Assembly (NCBI GenBank): GCA_002633005.1
Contig: NMRA01000386.1
Location: 1 to 64,000 of the forward strand
DNA length: 64,000 nucleotides
DNA from: Phoronis australis
Taxonomy: Eukaryota; Animalia; Phoronida
Direction of reading: 5' to 3'
Below the pieces are notes generated by a model. That model saw only the letters and a program-made list of their open reading frames with translations, was not told the origin of the DNA and searched no databases. Both the position numbers and the translations under genes were made by a program. This document shows, piece by piece, positions 24,401 to 36,900 of this stretch; within the stretch, counting starts at the first letter, position 1, and every line of letters begins with the position of its first letter.

Positions 24401-26712
24401 ACACCAATAAATCGTGTCATTGTTACATATCCCCTGACAAGCAAATTTCAACTATTGACAATGTTTACGCTTCATCAATCCTCCCGCAAAGGTCTAAATC
24501 CACAGGCAATTACCAGGACTGTGTTCAGTATTCGCTTGTACCTGCTGGTGAGGTAGAATTTCAGTACTGCTGGTGATGGTTAAAGTGGGAATAGTATGAG
24601 CCAATTGCATTTGTGTCATATTAAGTACACGCACTTTTGGGGAGCATATCTTTTTGCGTTATATTCCACGCAGTCATTAATTATTTACCACACATGTTAT
24701 GTCCCCCGTATTATGCGCCCCCTATAATGCACCCCCGTATTATGTTCCCCTATATTGGAAACCCCCCTCATCTTCTTGACCAATCAGGGTCGACTAGTAT
24801 ATTGACATATTCCTTGTGAACAGCTGATCGCACGTTGCAAGGTACGTGTTCCATCGAAATTGAAACCCCCGCGTGAAACAGATATCGCGGAGTAGAAAAC
24901 AGACTCCCGCATCTTCAAAACAGCTAACCAACCCGACCTTTAGAACAGGAGCCCCGGGGATCGGTCAAGATACCGGGGGACTGAAACACCACTTCTGCAC
25001 TTTCTTTCAGCCAGAGGGAATGCGTTGAGTTCTGAAATTCCGAATCCAAATTTCGTTTTAATGATCTAAGAAGAGTCGAAGTACACTTTTTGAGGTGGAA
25101 GAACGGTGAAATTGGTGACAGTGCAGGTCTTTTGAGTGAATAATTCTCCATTTCAAAATCCTGAAATTGATTGTGCCGGAAAAATGCTCTCGACAAGTAA
25201 ATCGACCAACCCTAAAATGCGGCCAATTGAAAAGACATTTAAAGGAATCAATCAACAGTGACACTTGACAGTCGAAATAATATTTTTGTTATTAATTTTT
25301 AAAATATTTTTTGGAGAAACTATTCAATAATCTGAAATCAACTACAAATGATTACTGAAGTAACAGCGTTTTGAGATTATAGATTAATGTTGAAATTAGC
25401 CCGGCACAGACAAGTTGCACGAGTTTTACCGCTAAAATTCAAATAACAAAATCAATATAATATAAATTACGTTTTATTAGGACAATTTTTAACAAACAAA
25501 TGTAGAAAACATTTGGACAGTATACTTACAATATGGGACTACAGCACTGGTCGGTCCCATTGATTTCCGCACGGGCCTGACAGACAATGGTTACTTAGAA
25601 TTGTAGTACAGTATCGGCCTGTGTGCATCTCGTTATACCAAGATCATCAAATATCAATAATAAAATAAATAAATGTTGTGTGGTATAGAAATTGCACTCC
25701 GCCACAATTCTAAAATCGTTTCTTAAAAGACCGTAGAAGATTCTAGTGAAATTGGCTGAGTTTGTATGATTATCCATCTTCTAAGCAATCTCAGCCAATC
25801 CCTTTTTTTATAAGTTTTCCTTTCTAATTCAAATCAACAGCTGGTTTGATTTTGCAATCATCCAAACGAGCGCCAGCAACGAGTGAGAAAAATTGTCGAT
25901 GGAAATAAAGGCATTCTTTCGTAAACAAGTTACTTTTTAAATGCTAGGCATAACTGAAAGCCATCTGCAAAATGTAACTATAATATTCCATTAACTTTGA
26001 AAATACGTTTTGTCATTCCACAGCAATTGGCATTTACAATGACATTTTTTAATCAACATAGCATTTTTATCGTCATAAACGCAAATTTATAATTCATTCT
26101 AAACGTTCATTTTACTGGGTAAACACTCGGAATTGAGTTTACAGTCCCACTTCATCAGTAGTTTTTTTAAAAGTCACAAAACATTTTCTAAAATCTGGTG
26201 AACGCAAATTTCTTGTTCTGAATAAGCACTCTTTCGGGGAATCTCTTTTAGTGCTGCAATTTTAGGAAATTTCCAATAGATTTCAACATAAGCCTGCAAT
26301 TTTCACCAGCAAAGCAAACGTAAGTGCTTAATTTGGACGTAAACGAATGAGGAAGCACGTGCACATGAGTGCACACGCACTGCAGGTCAAACGCATTGAG
26401 CGAGCACTGACACAAATATTCCCTGCATTCCGCGTGCTAAACAACATTGGGTATTATTTTTGTAAATGTTGGGATGCGCCAGAGCATCAATTTCAAGGAT
26501 GGTTTTACTCAGTTGGATCGCCTATTGGAGCAAGCACTTGATTCCGAGTATACTTGTAGACCTAGCTACGAATGTATAGCCGGCGCATAAATACAGGCAT
26601 CGAACGTAAAAATATAACGTTGTTCTTATCAATGATAGAACTTTGTAAGAAGTAGTGACAATTAAAAAGTCTTAGGATTCACATTTTTCATACTTCTGTC
26701 ACTTTGATTTTT

Positions 26713-26820
26713 CTAGTAAAACTAAAATGACGAGCGTACTAAAATATATTAAAATATCCCCTACGTATCGAGCGATGCGCTCTTTCTCAAGGGTGTGCTC
26801 GTCATTTTAGTTTTACTAGT
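26713..26820. mobile_element. Mini-MITE / hairpin
   Basis: ctagtaaaactaaaatgacgagc ... gctcgtcattttagttttactag, a perfect 23-bp inverted repeat. Confidence 0.75.
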
Positions 26821-27899
26821 TTTTCTATTTTATATTTTTATTCGTCGGTAACTGCACGGAATTGCAATATCTATTTGATTCCATTTTTCTGAAAGACTAG
26901 TTAAATATCTTCATTCACTTTTTAATTAGCAACCTTCAATACGTTGCCATTCAATAAATTCACGTGTGACAAGGTAAACAATGTGAGCCAAAGAGTCGTC
27001 ACTTTCTGGAATATCGGCCCTTTGGACTATCCAACCATTTTTTTTTTGCTTTTTGTGTACGCTAAATGGCACGCTTCGATCTTGAAGAAATGTTTTGAGC
27101 CCCAGAAAATCGAATAAATTTAGCTTTTTCAATAACCGTTGTCTGCCAGTACGCTATTCCCACAGTGAACTCCTAAACACTACCCATACTTATTTGCGTG
27201 GCCGGTGGCGCAATCTTAGCGAATGATTCATAAACTTCTATCAGCTATAGAATACATTGGTCACGTGCAGTAGTTGGTATTACAAGGCTAGAGTTCTATG
27301 ATGTCGTGTATTGCAGCGCCTCAATGAGGGAACTTACGCAAGCACACCACTCCCAAGCCATACGACAAAAGAGAACGGCGACAGCCCTAAATAAATCACG
27401 TTTTTTTTTGGCTCGATTATGCACCTGGTTGTTGCTTAGCTACTCAAATGCATGTTTCGTGCAAAGAGCGCTGATTCAAATTTCGCGTTGGCAACTAGCC
27501 TTGCAACACATTCTTCGAACTCAAAATCGCGAACGGGTATAACTACAAACCCCTGAACGTCGGGTACAACACCGTTTTGGACACAGGAGGCACGCACTGG
27601 CACTAATGCAGCCAGCATTTCGATAAGTCGTGCTACCATGGGAACGCCGTTAGAGTGAAGTATTTCCCTGACTTCAAACCATATAACCCCCTGCGTAATT
27701 TGCCTTTCACTTCATACGATGAACAATAGTTTTTAACATGACGACCTACTCGTTGCGCTAGCTTCATTTGTCCTTATGAGATATTACTTTCCTGCGGGTC
27801 TCATTGATCAGTGGGCTGTTAGTTGGGGCGGTCACGACAGGCATTTTGTCTTGCGTGGATGGTTACATTCTATTGTTCTATGGATAATAAATACACGGC

Positions 27900-30200
27900 A
27901 GGGGAACACTAATTAATACAGATAATGTATTTCCAAGGTACCAAGGTGTCTGTATCCTTTTCTGAACGTAAAAAATGTCCAATTTTTGCCAGTTTTGGAA
28001 CATCGTATATCAGAAATGACTAATAAGCATACGTGCTTACATAAAACTCTGAGATATTATGGTTTATCCACTGTTATACAAAGCACTGTTAGGGATTGCT
28101 TTTAGAGTGTTTGCGTGAGGAGCTATCAAAATATAAGATGAAGAGGATTTTTGTGAAAACAAATTGAAGTTGCATAAAATGAAACCGAAACGATAATTTA
28201 GAAAAGCGTAACAAGGTTTTGGAAATTTGATATTGAACATTTACAGTAAATCGTACAAAATTTTGTCATGTTATTGATCTCATTGTTTTGCTATGAATGC
28301 CTCTATCTTTTTTACTTAATGTTATTAAAACATGGTCACGTGACCTAATTAACGACATATCGATATGAAGCCAAAAGTCAACTTCAATGTAATTTCTATT
28401 TTCAAAAACATACTACTTTTGCTGAGTTAATATCTATGCTTTTGTATATATTTGACTAAATGTACAGTCTTGTCGATAAGGTCTTACGTAACCTTCAGTG
28501 GCTGATCTGCCCAGGATCTGTCGTTTTATCAGACTTCTATCTGCCATATTTCATCTTCCTATGTGCACAACACTTGGACAAAATATTTAAAAAAACACGT
28601 ATTTCAGATAATGGCGCATGGATCTATACACGAGTACGAAAGGCAGTAAAACGTATGTACTTTTTAGAAAAGCGAGGTCCGATTATTGACTAACTAACCG
28701 CTTGAAGTTGGTTTTTGTAGGTTTCTAGGTTCTGGAGATGACACGAACGTTGGGCGACGCACCTGATAGGGGGCGGAGAGCTATAGCCCCACCTATTTCA
28801 GTGCTGCGCCGCCCATGATGAATTATATAAAATGGGACGGAGACATTACGTTCGGTAACTTGGTCCTTAACAGACCTAATGAGGAAGATCCAATAAACCC
28901 TCCGTCAACTTCACCATGACAGACCAGATGGTCGGGAAGTTCCTACAACGAGGTCTCTTATTGGAGGACGAATTGGAGGTATGACATACCATTAGTGACC
29001 CAGGGAGTGAATTCATGCACCGCGCATACTGCAACGTGTCGTCGGATGATATTGCATTCTAGAACGAAAAAAACCTAGTCTCGCACCCAGGCTGTACATG
29101 TGCTTCTGTTTAGAGCCTGGTACAGACTAGAGTCTATACGACTATTACTTTGAACGAGGTGAATGTGAGATAAGGAGACCATGAAAAACAAAATATCCAC
29201 CAGCAATTATTTCACTACATGTTTTCATTCTCAATAGAAACTCTGGAAGACGGTCTTTTTGCTTTTGATTGGATATCATTCGGTGTTGCTTACAATGACC
29301 GCTAAACAACGGCGAGTTAAATGGTAACTGCAGGGATAGACCGATCCTCCCCTCGACCATGTGTTCACTGTAGAACATGATGGAATGGGGAGGGTTTTAG
29401 TTGAAAAACTCTCTCCGTTTAGACACGTGGGTGCCTGGAAGAGGTTTTGGATAGCCTACTAAACAGACATGGGGATTTTGGAAATATTTCAATTCTCCAA
29501 TGGTTTGCCTTAAATTGACTCTTGGAAACACAAACGGAGCCAGGGTCGTGATATTTATTCAAGATTTCGACAAGCTAAATGAGTTTTGACCATCTTACTG
29601 ACAGCTGAACGCCAAGAACACCAAATGAAATCTCACGGCTGATTTTCCAGTCTTTCACGGCCGTCTGCTTCTTAGAACACAAGCAATTTAAACCCTTAAC
29701 TAACACGTTTATTGTGCGTAGTGAGATCATCTAGGTTCACATTAATCTAAGTACTTTTCAGTATACTAAACGAAATGGCTGCCACAGTCTGGAAGGTTGA
29801 CGATGTTATACGTTTTCTGTTAAACGCTTTTGAGTTGCGTAAATTACTTGCCAAGAATTCTATGACACGTGGCCCACCTCAATCGACAGCTGCTGCCAGT
29901 GCTGCATGAGCCTTGGTAACTGCCAATTAAGCTATACCCAGGCGAAAATCAGAAACAGAATACTACCTAACGTTGGCGTAGCTCGCACGACAATACAAAC
30001 AGTCTGCTGCGTCCAAGGCAATGTCATGGCTGCCTACAGCATGAACTATTTAAAGACACCGATAGATTTCAAGGTTAGCCAAACGGTCGAGTTGCATAAT
30101 TTTTACCGGTGTGGGTATCAACGTATGGTTTTCATGTGAAAATGGGCGTTTCTGACTCTAATGGCTATCTGACTGGCCTTACCAAAGACTTAATTACCGA
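27900..30200 (+). pseudogene. Decayed inverted partial duplicate of the lipoxygenase gene (one exon plus flanking introns)
   Basis: About 28721-28978 aligns to exon 12209-12002 (gtttttgtAG gtttctaggttctgg ... atgaattatataaaatgg ... ttcggtaacttggtccttaac ... gagGTATGA) with deletions and an insertion; flanks align to the reverse complement of about 11350-13050. Confidence 0.85.
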
Positions 30201-32282
30201 AGGTAGGTTAAATTGGTAAGAAACCAAAAACTTTCATTTTTGCTGCCATGACCCATTATACGGTATGCCAGCCGGGCTGCGTTTCGTAGAAGCCAGTGTG
30301 GTTACATGCTACGCTTGCTATACATGGAAATTTCTGACAAAAATCTTCGTGATGTTGTGTTTTCGCGACATTCTTGCCTCTATGGAACGCAGACCAGTTC
30401 ACCCTGGCCTACATTTGCTCTGTAATCCAACACTAGGGCATTATCAGGACAGGTTGTCTCCACATACAATCGTGATAAGTACAGTATTTTCAGACGCGAA
30501 AAAAACATGACATCTTTCATTATTGGACATCAAAAGCAATGTTAAACGGCCGTTTCCGCTTTTGATAACCTTTTCTGTTTCTCTTCTTCGTTAACAGTCC
30601 CTTTTCCGACCTACTTCGAACGGACTCATAAAATCTCAATTTCCACGACGATGGAAGTTCATAATGAGCCGACACGTAGGCTACATGGACAAGACGGTGT
30701 CGCCACTTAGCGACTGTCTAAGTGCGTGAAAACTTCGCGAAAACGAAAGATGTTGCCAGGCTTCCTTCGCTGCAGCTGTCTGATCGTTGCACACTCTGAG
30801 AACATCATTGGCCTCATCTTTTCAAATTGGTAACACGGCACCTCGAAAGTTGTTGTGGCCGGGGAAAGAAAGCGTTGTGACGATTCTGAGGGCACCCTAA
30901 CTTCTTATAGCTTAGGAGTACCGAGGAAACTTAAACTGCCACTGGGTATAAATCAAGCCTTAGTTTCTTTGACGAAGGCGGTATATAGTAGATGGTGCCA
31001 AGTGCTCCACATATTGTGAAAGTGTCAATGAACAACATTTGGTACTTTCCCATAATGCTATGCTGTCACTTTCGTCACCTTTACATTTCGAAAACCAATT
31101 TACCAACACGAGGTACTAGAATTTACAAGTTAAAACTCCGTTTCACGGACGCGTGACCCAGGCATGAAAGTTTAGACTGTCAGTGACAGTGGTATCCTTG
31201 GGGTTTTTCTTCTGCACACCACACATGGGCAACACTAAGTGAGCTTTTGCCGTGGGGCCATTTGCAAATTGGTTTTGGACCTCCTTCACCGTAGAGTCTT
31301 GTGTCAGTTAACCAGTATGAAAATTACGTAGCCTAACGTTCATCCGGCTTGTGCCCGTCCGGAGTCCATTCCTTAGTGCAAGTTTCTTCGTGAAAAGTGA
31401 GACCATAAAAGTTTTTCCGAGTAGTGTATTAGTACTGGATCACCCTAGAAACTTTTGATCACACGCTTCTGGAATGTGAGCATGTCACCATACAAACATG
31501 GCTTTCAAATGTAGTAGAAACTAACCTTTTATTAGCTGAGAAAATGTAATGTTCTATAGCTGTTCCCGCCCTGGTTGTAACAGAAATATGCAAGCGAGCA
31601 CATCGATATTTATATAGATGTACGCACTCCGGCGGATACATGTAATTGTATAAACATACAGATGAACCTATTGACGGGGCGCAACTACATTTGTACAAGT
31701 TTACTCAATCCGATGTAATCTATCCACAACATCTCCCTATACAACGTAATGTTTGTGCAGGAAAATTCAAATTTTAAAATAGGTGTGCCCTTTTCCACAA
31801 ATCAAGTTATTCAACAGATGATTAAATGTAGCTTAAATAAGGAGCTGTTAGTAATTAGTCAAACAATGATACTTATTTTACATCTCCGTCCTTCCCATTT
31901 ATGGATCGGCCCTTCCCATCAGGACGTTTGATATGCGCATCGAAAGTCCAAGCTTCAAATTGGATGATAAGGTGTGAATGGGAATACAAACCAAAAATGA
32001 CAGGGACGAAGATGTATATGCAGCTTCCTAAGCCAACCAAATTCGTTTTCGGAAGGTTCGAGCATATTTCGTTGTCTTGACGAAACGGGCTGAGGATGGG
32101 TGATAATTCATTGATGCTTTAAGGATTCGTTTATTAGATTAACGTGACATACAGGCTCACAGTGATATCACCTGTGTCGCAAAATATTCGGACAATTAAG
32201 GACGACATAGACCTTAAGAAAATTAGCATGAATCGTTTCGTATGACGTAGCATCTTCCACATTTGATTGGTAAGGCGATTCA

Positions 32283-32369
32283 CTAGCAAGCAGACGCAGC
32301 ATACATCTGTATCAAGTCGAAAGAAATGTCAGATCCGCCACTATATCCCATCCTGGCTTCGAATACCAC
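32283..32369 (-). CDS. MAM terminal exon, cassette B (duplicate)
   Basis: tttcattgcAG acceptor, then VVFEARMGYSGGSDISFDLIQMYAASAC and TAG; 87 nt, as in cassette A. Confidence 0.82.
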   Translation of the reverse strand: MVFEARMGYSGGSDISFDLIQMYAASAC

Positions 32370-34794
32370 CTGCAATGAAAAGTTTACGTAGCAGAACGTG
32401 ACAGTAGCACAGCCTACAAAGCCACATTCCATCAGATTACTTTTGACTTAGATTGCTTACCCTTATAACACTGACTTTAAGGTTTTTTGTTAGATTAGAT
32501 CCGCTTTCGTTTGTCTGGAAGAACCGACATTTCTGTTCTGCATGGGAACAGACCAAATACCCTAAGTTTGCAAGTCTTTGCGGGCTATGCCTTGTGCCGG
32601 ATATGGTCCTTAACAAACAACAAACCAGAAATGAGGAAAAATTAATAAAATTTATTTCTATGTCTTTTGGCTAACATCATCATCGCTGATTTTGAGTTTT
32701 CCTGCCACGTAGCGTGGAAAATAACGCAGCCATTGTATATTGCACAAACACAGGGATTACCCTCATCTCTAATAAAAAATAAGCTGAAAGAGCACCTTCA
32801 ACTTTTCAACACGCAGAGTAACCACGTTTTTGGCCCGAGTAAAAACAGCTGGATGCAAAGTAGTGCGATAACGGACACAACAGGGAGGAAATTTACTCAG
32901 CATTTGATGTTAATTCCAGTCACTTCAGCATGCATAGAACAGCATGTGGACGACGTAACAGTTTTGTCGTTTGATGTGACTTCTACAGGCACCATTGGTA
33001 TTAGGCTTTTTCATGAAACTGCATCAGCCTTTGCCAAACCATAGAGTCCTCTCCGTGTATGTTATATCCAGACAATTTTCAAAACCAAAAGTTGTTACCA
33101 TGGCAGCTTTTACGGAATACACATTACCATGAACAATACCGTCAGCAAATGCAAGGTGACAACACTTCGCTTACTTCAGAAAAATCAATTTCACAAACAG
33201 TTTTATTTAATTTTTGTTTACTGTTAAAACACAAGAACATCGAAATTGAACACAACAAGCAATTTACAGGTACAAATTAAAACTCCAATGATCTGGTAAA
33301 TGTTGATCAATATTCAATTTTTGACCGCTTGCATGTCTCAATGAACATGGAATAACACAACTATGTGCTTCATATTACTTAGATTTTCCCGGAGCTCACC
33401 CAAATTGTTTAAAAATGTTACTGTTGATTGTAAATGGCATTCTGCTTCTATGTGAAAAAGGGCTGTCGGAAGCCAGGGTGGAAAATTGTAGATACGGCTA
33501 GGAGACTACAAGTTGGCGAAGCTGAATTCGTCTGCTCTTTTGGTAACATTTTTGGGCTTGATTGTGATATGGGGTCAGTATATCAGGAAAAAAATGAGTG
33601 CCGCTGTTGACGTACCTATTTCCATTATTTGCCTCATAATTCTTAACCAATATATAAAGATCAAGATGATCCAGGTATTTGATATTGAAGGTAGCTTCAT
33701 ATTCTACCATTAGGTGGTGATGTGGTTTCAAATAAAGCTTGTTTTACTGCTATTTTGACCTACTTGTTTAATGTGAGTTTAAATGCAGAGACAATAATAT
33801 TTATCAACAATGACACATTGAACACGAACTCTAAATTTCAACGATTTACCATTTTCACCAATTTTATTGACAAATTATAAGGAAATGTGAAGGAATTAGA
33901 GCAAAAATGTCCACATAAAGTTACCAGTTTACAATAAGCACGAACTTTCTGCATACCAGGGTTCATTGACTAGGAAGGTTGGGCCTTGTTGCGAGCAAAC
34001 GCACACTCTTGGACATACACTGAACAATAAACATTTATGCTCAGGTGTATCAATAACCTACTGTAGCGGTCACATAACCGAAAAACTTATCGCACATTTT
34101 CCTCACTACAACTGCTTGTTAATAAATATTCACGTACAAGCTCGGGAACAAGTATATTTTGTATCTATTTCTTGCGAAACTGGGTCAGATTTTTGGATCC
34201 CACCATACGGTCAGTCGTCCTAATGGGAGGATCTTACTGTTGAAAATTTACTATACTTCTAATTTTGATGTGCATTTCCAATGAAACAAGGAAACATTTT
34301 ATTATTTTATCATGTGTGTTTTCCCAAATTTACGTCTATATTATCTGCAGAAAAAATCTTCACATAAGACCATCGGGCGTATCTGAATGTAGACCTGTCT
34401 GCACAAAAGCCAACACCTTAAGCTTTGGAGGGAGCATCAGGCAAACATACGTATTCTTGCAGTAACTGCGGTGGTGACAAACCTTCAGAGACTACGTGTG
34501 ATAACTACTGTTAGCGGGCTATTGAAATCTACAACTTTTCTACGAGGGTACGTTTGTTCCTCCGGGAATTGGAACCTTTGTTATGGTTCCAGAAAAGCAT
34601 TGCGCATGGCTACAGGTATTTTCACAATCAGCAATAATGCCATTTGATGAATTTTCTAAGGCCCTTGATTTTTAGAATGACGTTTTTTAAGGGGATACTG
34701 ACCCATGTTTAGACGAAGCTGTTATTCACATAGTGGCAGTTGTGTCGTCTGCTGCTATATAATTTGTCCGTCCACTGATAAAGGAAATATTTAC

Positions 34795-36610
34795 TACAAG
34801 AGCAACGGGGATTGTTGAAACGTGCCCACGAATACATCGCAAACGGTGTGCTTTTAGGGTTTTTTATTTGTCAGTGTCATAAAAATGGCCACTAGATGGC
34901 GCAAAAACGCACAATCCATCTGAAAATGGGTACATGTCATAGCTTCTTTAATAGAAAGCTATTCACCAAATTTTAAAGAAATCTGTCACAGAACTTCAGA
35001 GAAACAAAGGAAACAGAATAAAATGAAATTGCCACTAGGGAGCACAGTGTTCATTGGAACCGCCTGAAAGTCGTCATTGTCTGTTTTTAACTTCATATAA
35101 ATAAACTTACTAAATTTAATTAAGTTCCAGCAGTGGGTTTAGAAGATACAGCTATGGGCGCAAAACTACCATTTGAGACGCCACTGTAGTCAAAGTCGTC
35201 ATCGTCAACCAGCCTCTTCATCCTGATAACATATACGCAAATTTTCAAACCATCCTTAGAATGATTTGGTTGATAGAGGGGTTGACGCCAAAAAAAAAAC
35301 AGACTCGAAAACAGGAAAAATGACCATTAGGTGGCGCAAAGTATCCAAATTCCATCCGAAAACGGGAGGGTAGCGTCATCTCACCAATAGATGCCTGTAT
35401 TCAAAATTTTATGAAAATCCGTTGAGGAACTTTGAACATACAGAGGTAAACGTAAAATGCACAATTGCCACCAGGGGGTGCACCAGAAGTCAGATCCGTC
35501 AGAAAGTCGTTCTTTGTCAACATCATGTACATAACACTTGTTAAATTTAGTAGATCCTGCAAACGATTTAAGAGATACAGCCATAGGCGCAAAAAAAACG
35601 AAACTGCCGGTAGGGGACACCACAGTAGTTGAAGTCTTTAGGAAAATCATCGTCAGCCGTCCACTTCATAATAGAAACATACATGCTAATTTTCAAAATT
35701 ATCCTGAAAGTGGTTTGGTTGATAGAGGGGTGGACACCAAAAACAGACTCTAAAACGGTAAAAATGGCCACTATGTGGCGCAAACGAGGTCGAATATATA
35801 TGAAAACGGTATGATAACGCGTCACCGCACTAACAGAAACCTGTACGCCAAACTTAATGAAATTTGTTGAGGAACTTTGTATATACAGAGGCTAACGTCA
35901 AAAAAATAAAATTGCCACCAGGGGGCACACCAGTAATCAAATCCGTCCGAAAGACGTCGTCGTCCTTTGTCAACATCATTTAAATGCACTTACTAAATTT
36001 AGTAAAGATTTTGCAAACGGTTTAGGAGATACAGCCAAAAAAGCAAAACTGCCACTAGGAGGCACCACAGTACTCGAAGTTGTCGGAAAATCATCAACAC
36101 TCCTCTTTATAGTAAGAACGTACATGTCAATTTTCACAATCATACTTTGAGCGGTTTGGTTGACAGAAGAGTGGACGCTAGAAACAGACTAGAAAACTGT
36201 AAAAAATGACCACCAGGTGGCGCAAACTACGTCGAATCCATCTGAAAACGAGAGGATACCGTTGTCTCACCAATAAGTGCCTATATGCCAAATTTTATGA
36301 CAATATGCTGAGGACCTTTGAAGATACAGAGGTAAACGTAAAAAAACTAAAATTGTCACTAGGGGGCATATGAGTAGTCGGATCCATCCGAAAGTTCGCT
36401 CACGCCGTCCCATTTATGAAAGAAACACATCTGCAAATTTTCATGAACACACGTCAAATGGTTTTGGAGGCAAAGCAGCAGACGCTGGACGCCGGACGAA
36501 AGCCACCCTCCCAGACGGACGGACGGACGGACGGACAGACGGACGGACAGACGGACGAACGGAGATGACGGCATAATGGGTCCACATATAAATTTGTGAG
36601 CGCATAAAAA
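34795..36610 (+). mobile_element. Non-autonomous Helentron/DINE-1-like element with internal tandem array
   Basis: Absent from the paralogous intron (contiguous at about 47525). Starts with ACAAGAG, has about 3.7 units of about 440 bp (each three about 145-bp subunits), a (GACG)n microsatellite at about 36514-36560, and a 3' imperfect hairpin ending gcataaaaa. Family assignment is inferred from architecture. Confidence 0.7.
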
Positions 36611-36724
36611 TGCACTCACAACACTGTGTCACAAGATCATCATTGGGCGGACTGTGAACTCTTTATGAATCATCAAACTCCTATGACTGAGCACGCGCTT
36701 CGCGGCATATTTATTCAGCCCTAC

Positions 36725-36900
36725 CTGAAAGATGTCATTTCGGTTCACATGGACACTAGCCTGGTACCATTGGTCTTTTTGGTATCCGGATTTGTGCCAG
36801 ATATTCCCCTTGTTTCCGTTGGTGTCCACTACGAGAACATTCAACGTCCCCACGCTGAAGCCGTCCATGTGGTACCACCACTTCAGGCAGAATGGCTTTG
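36725..36900 (-). CDS. MAM penultimate exon, cassette B (duplicate)
   Basis: (P)KPFCLKWWYHMDGFSVGTLNVLVVDTNGNKGNIWHKSGYQKDQWYQASVHVNRNDIFQ; ttgcAG acceptor and GTAGGG donor; 176 nt, same length and phase as cassette A. Confidence 0.85.

Noticed and set aside
24924-25196. ORF as candidate first lipoxygenase exon
   Set aside because: No phase-2 donor matching the 21496 acceptor and no recognisable homology.
30590-30960. Possible continuation of the lipoxygenase pseudogene after a pyrimidine-rich AG
   Set aside because: No frame matched the next lipoxygenase exon by eye.
36359-36632. SVRP/TDGR repeat ORFs (also 38329-38639)
   Set aside because: Translations of (GACG)n/(GTCC)n microsatellites.
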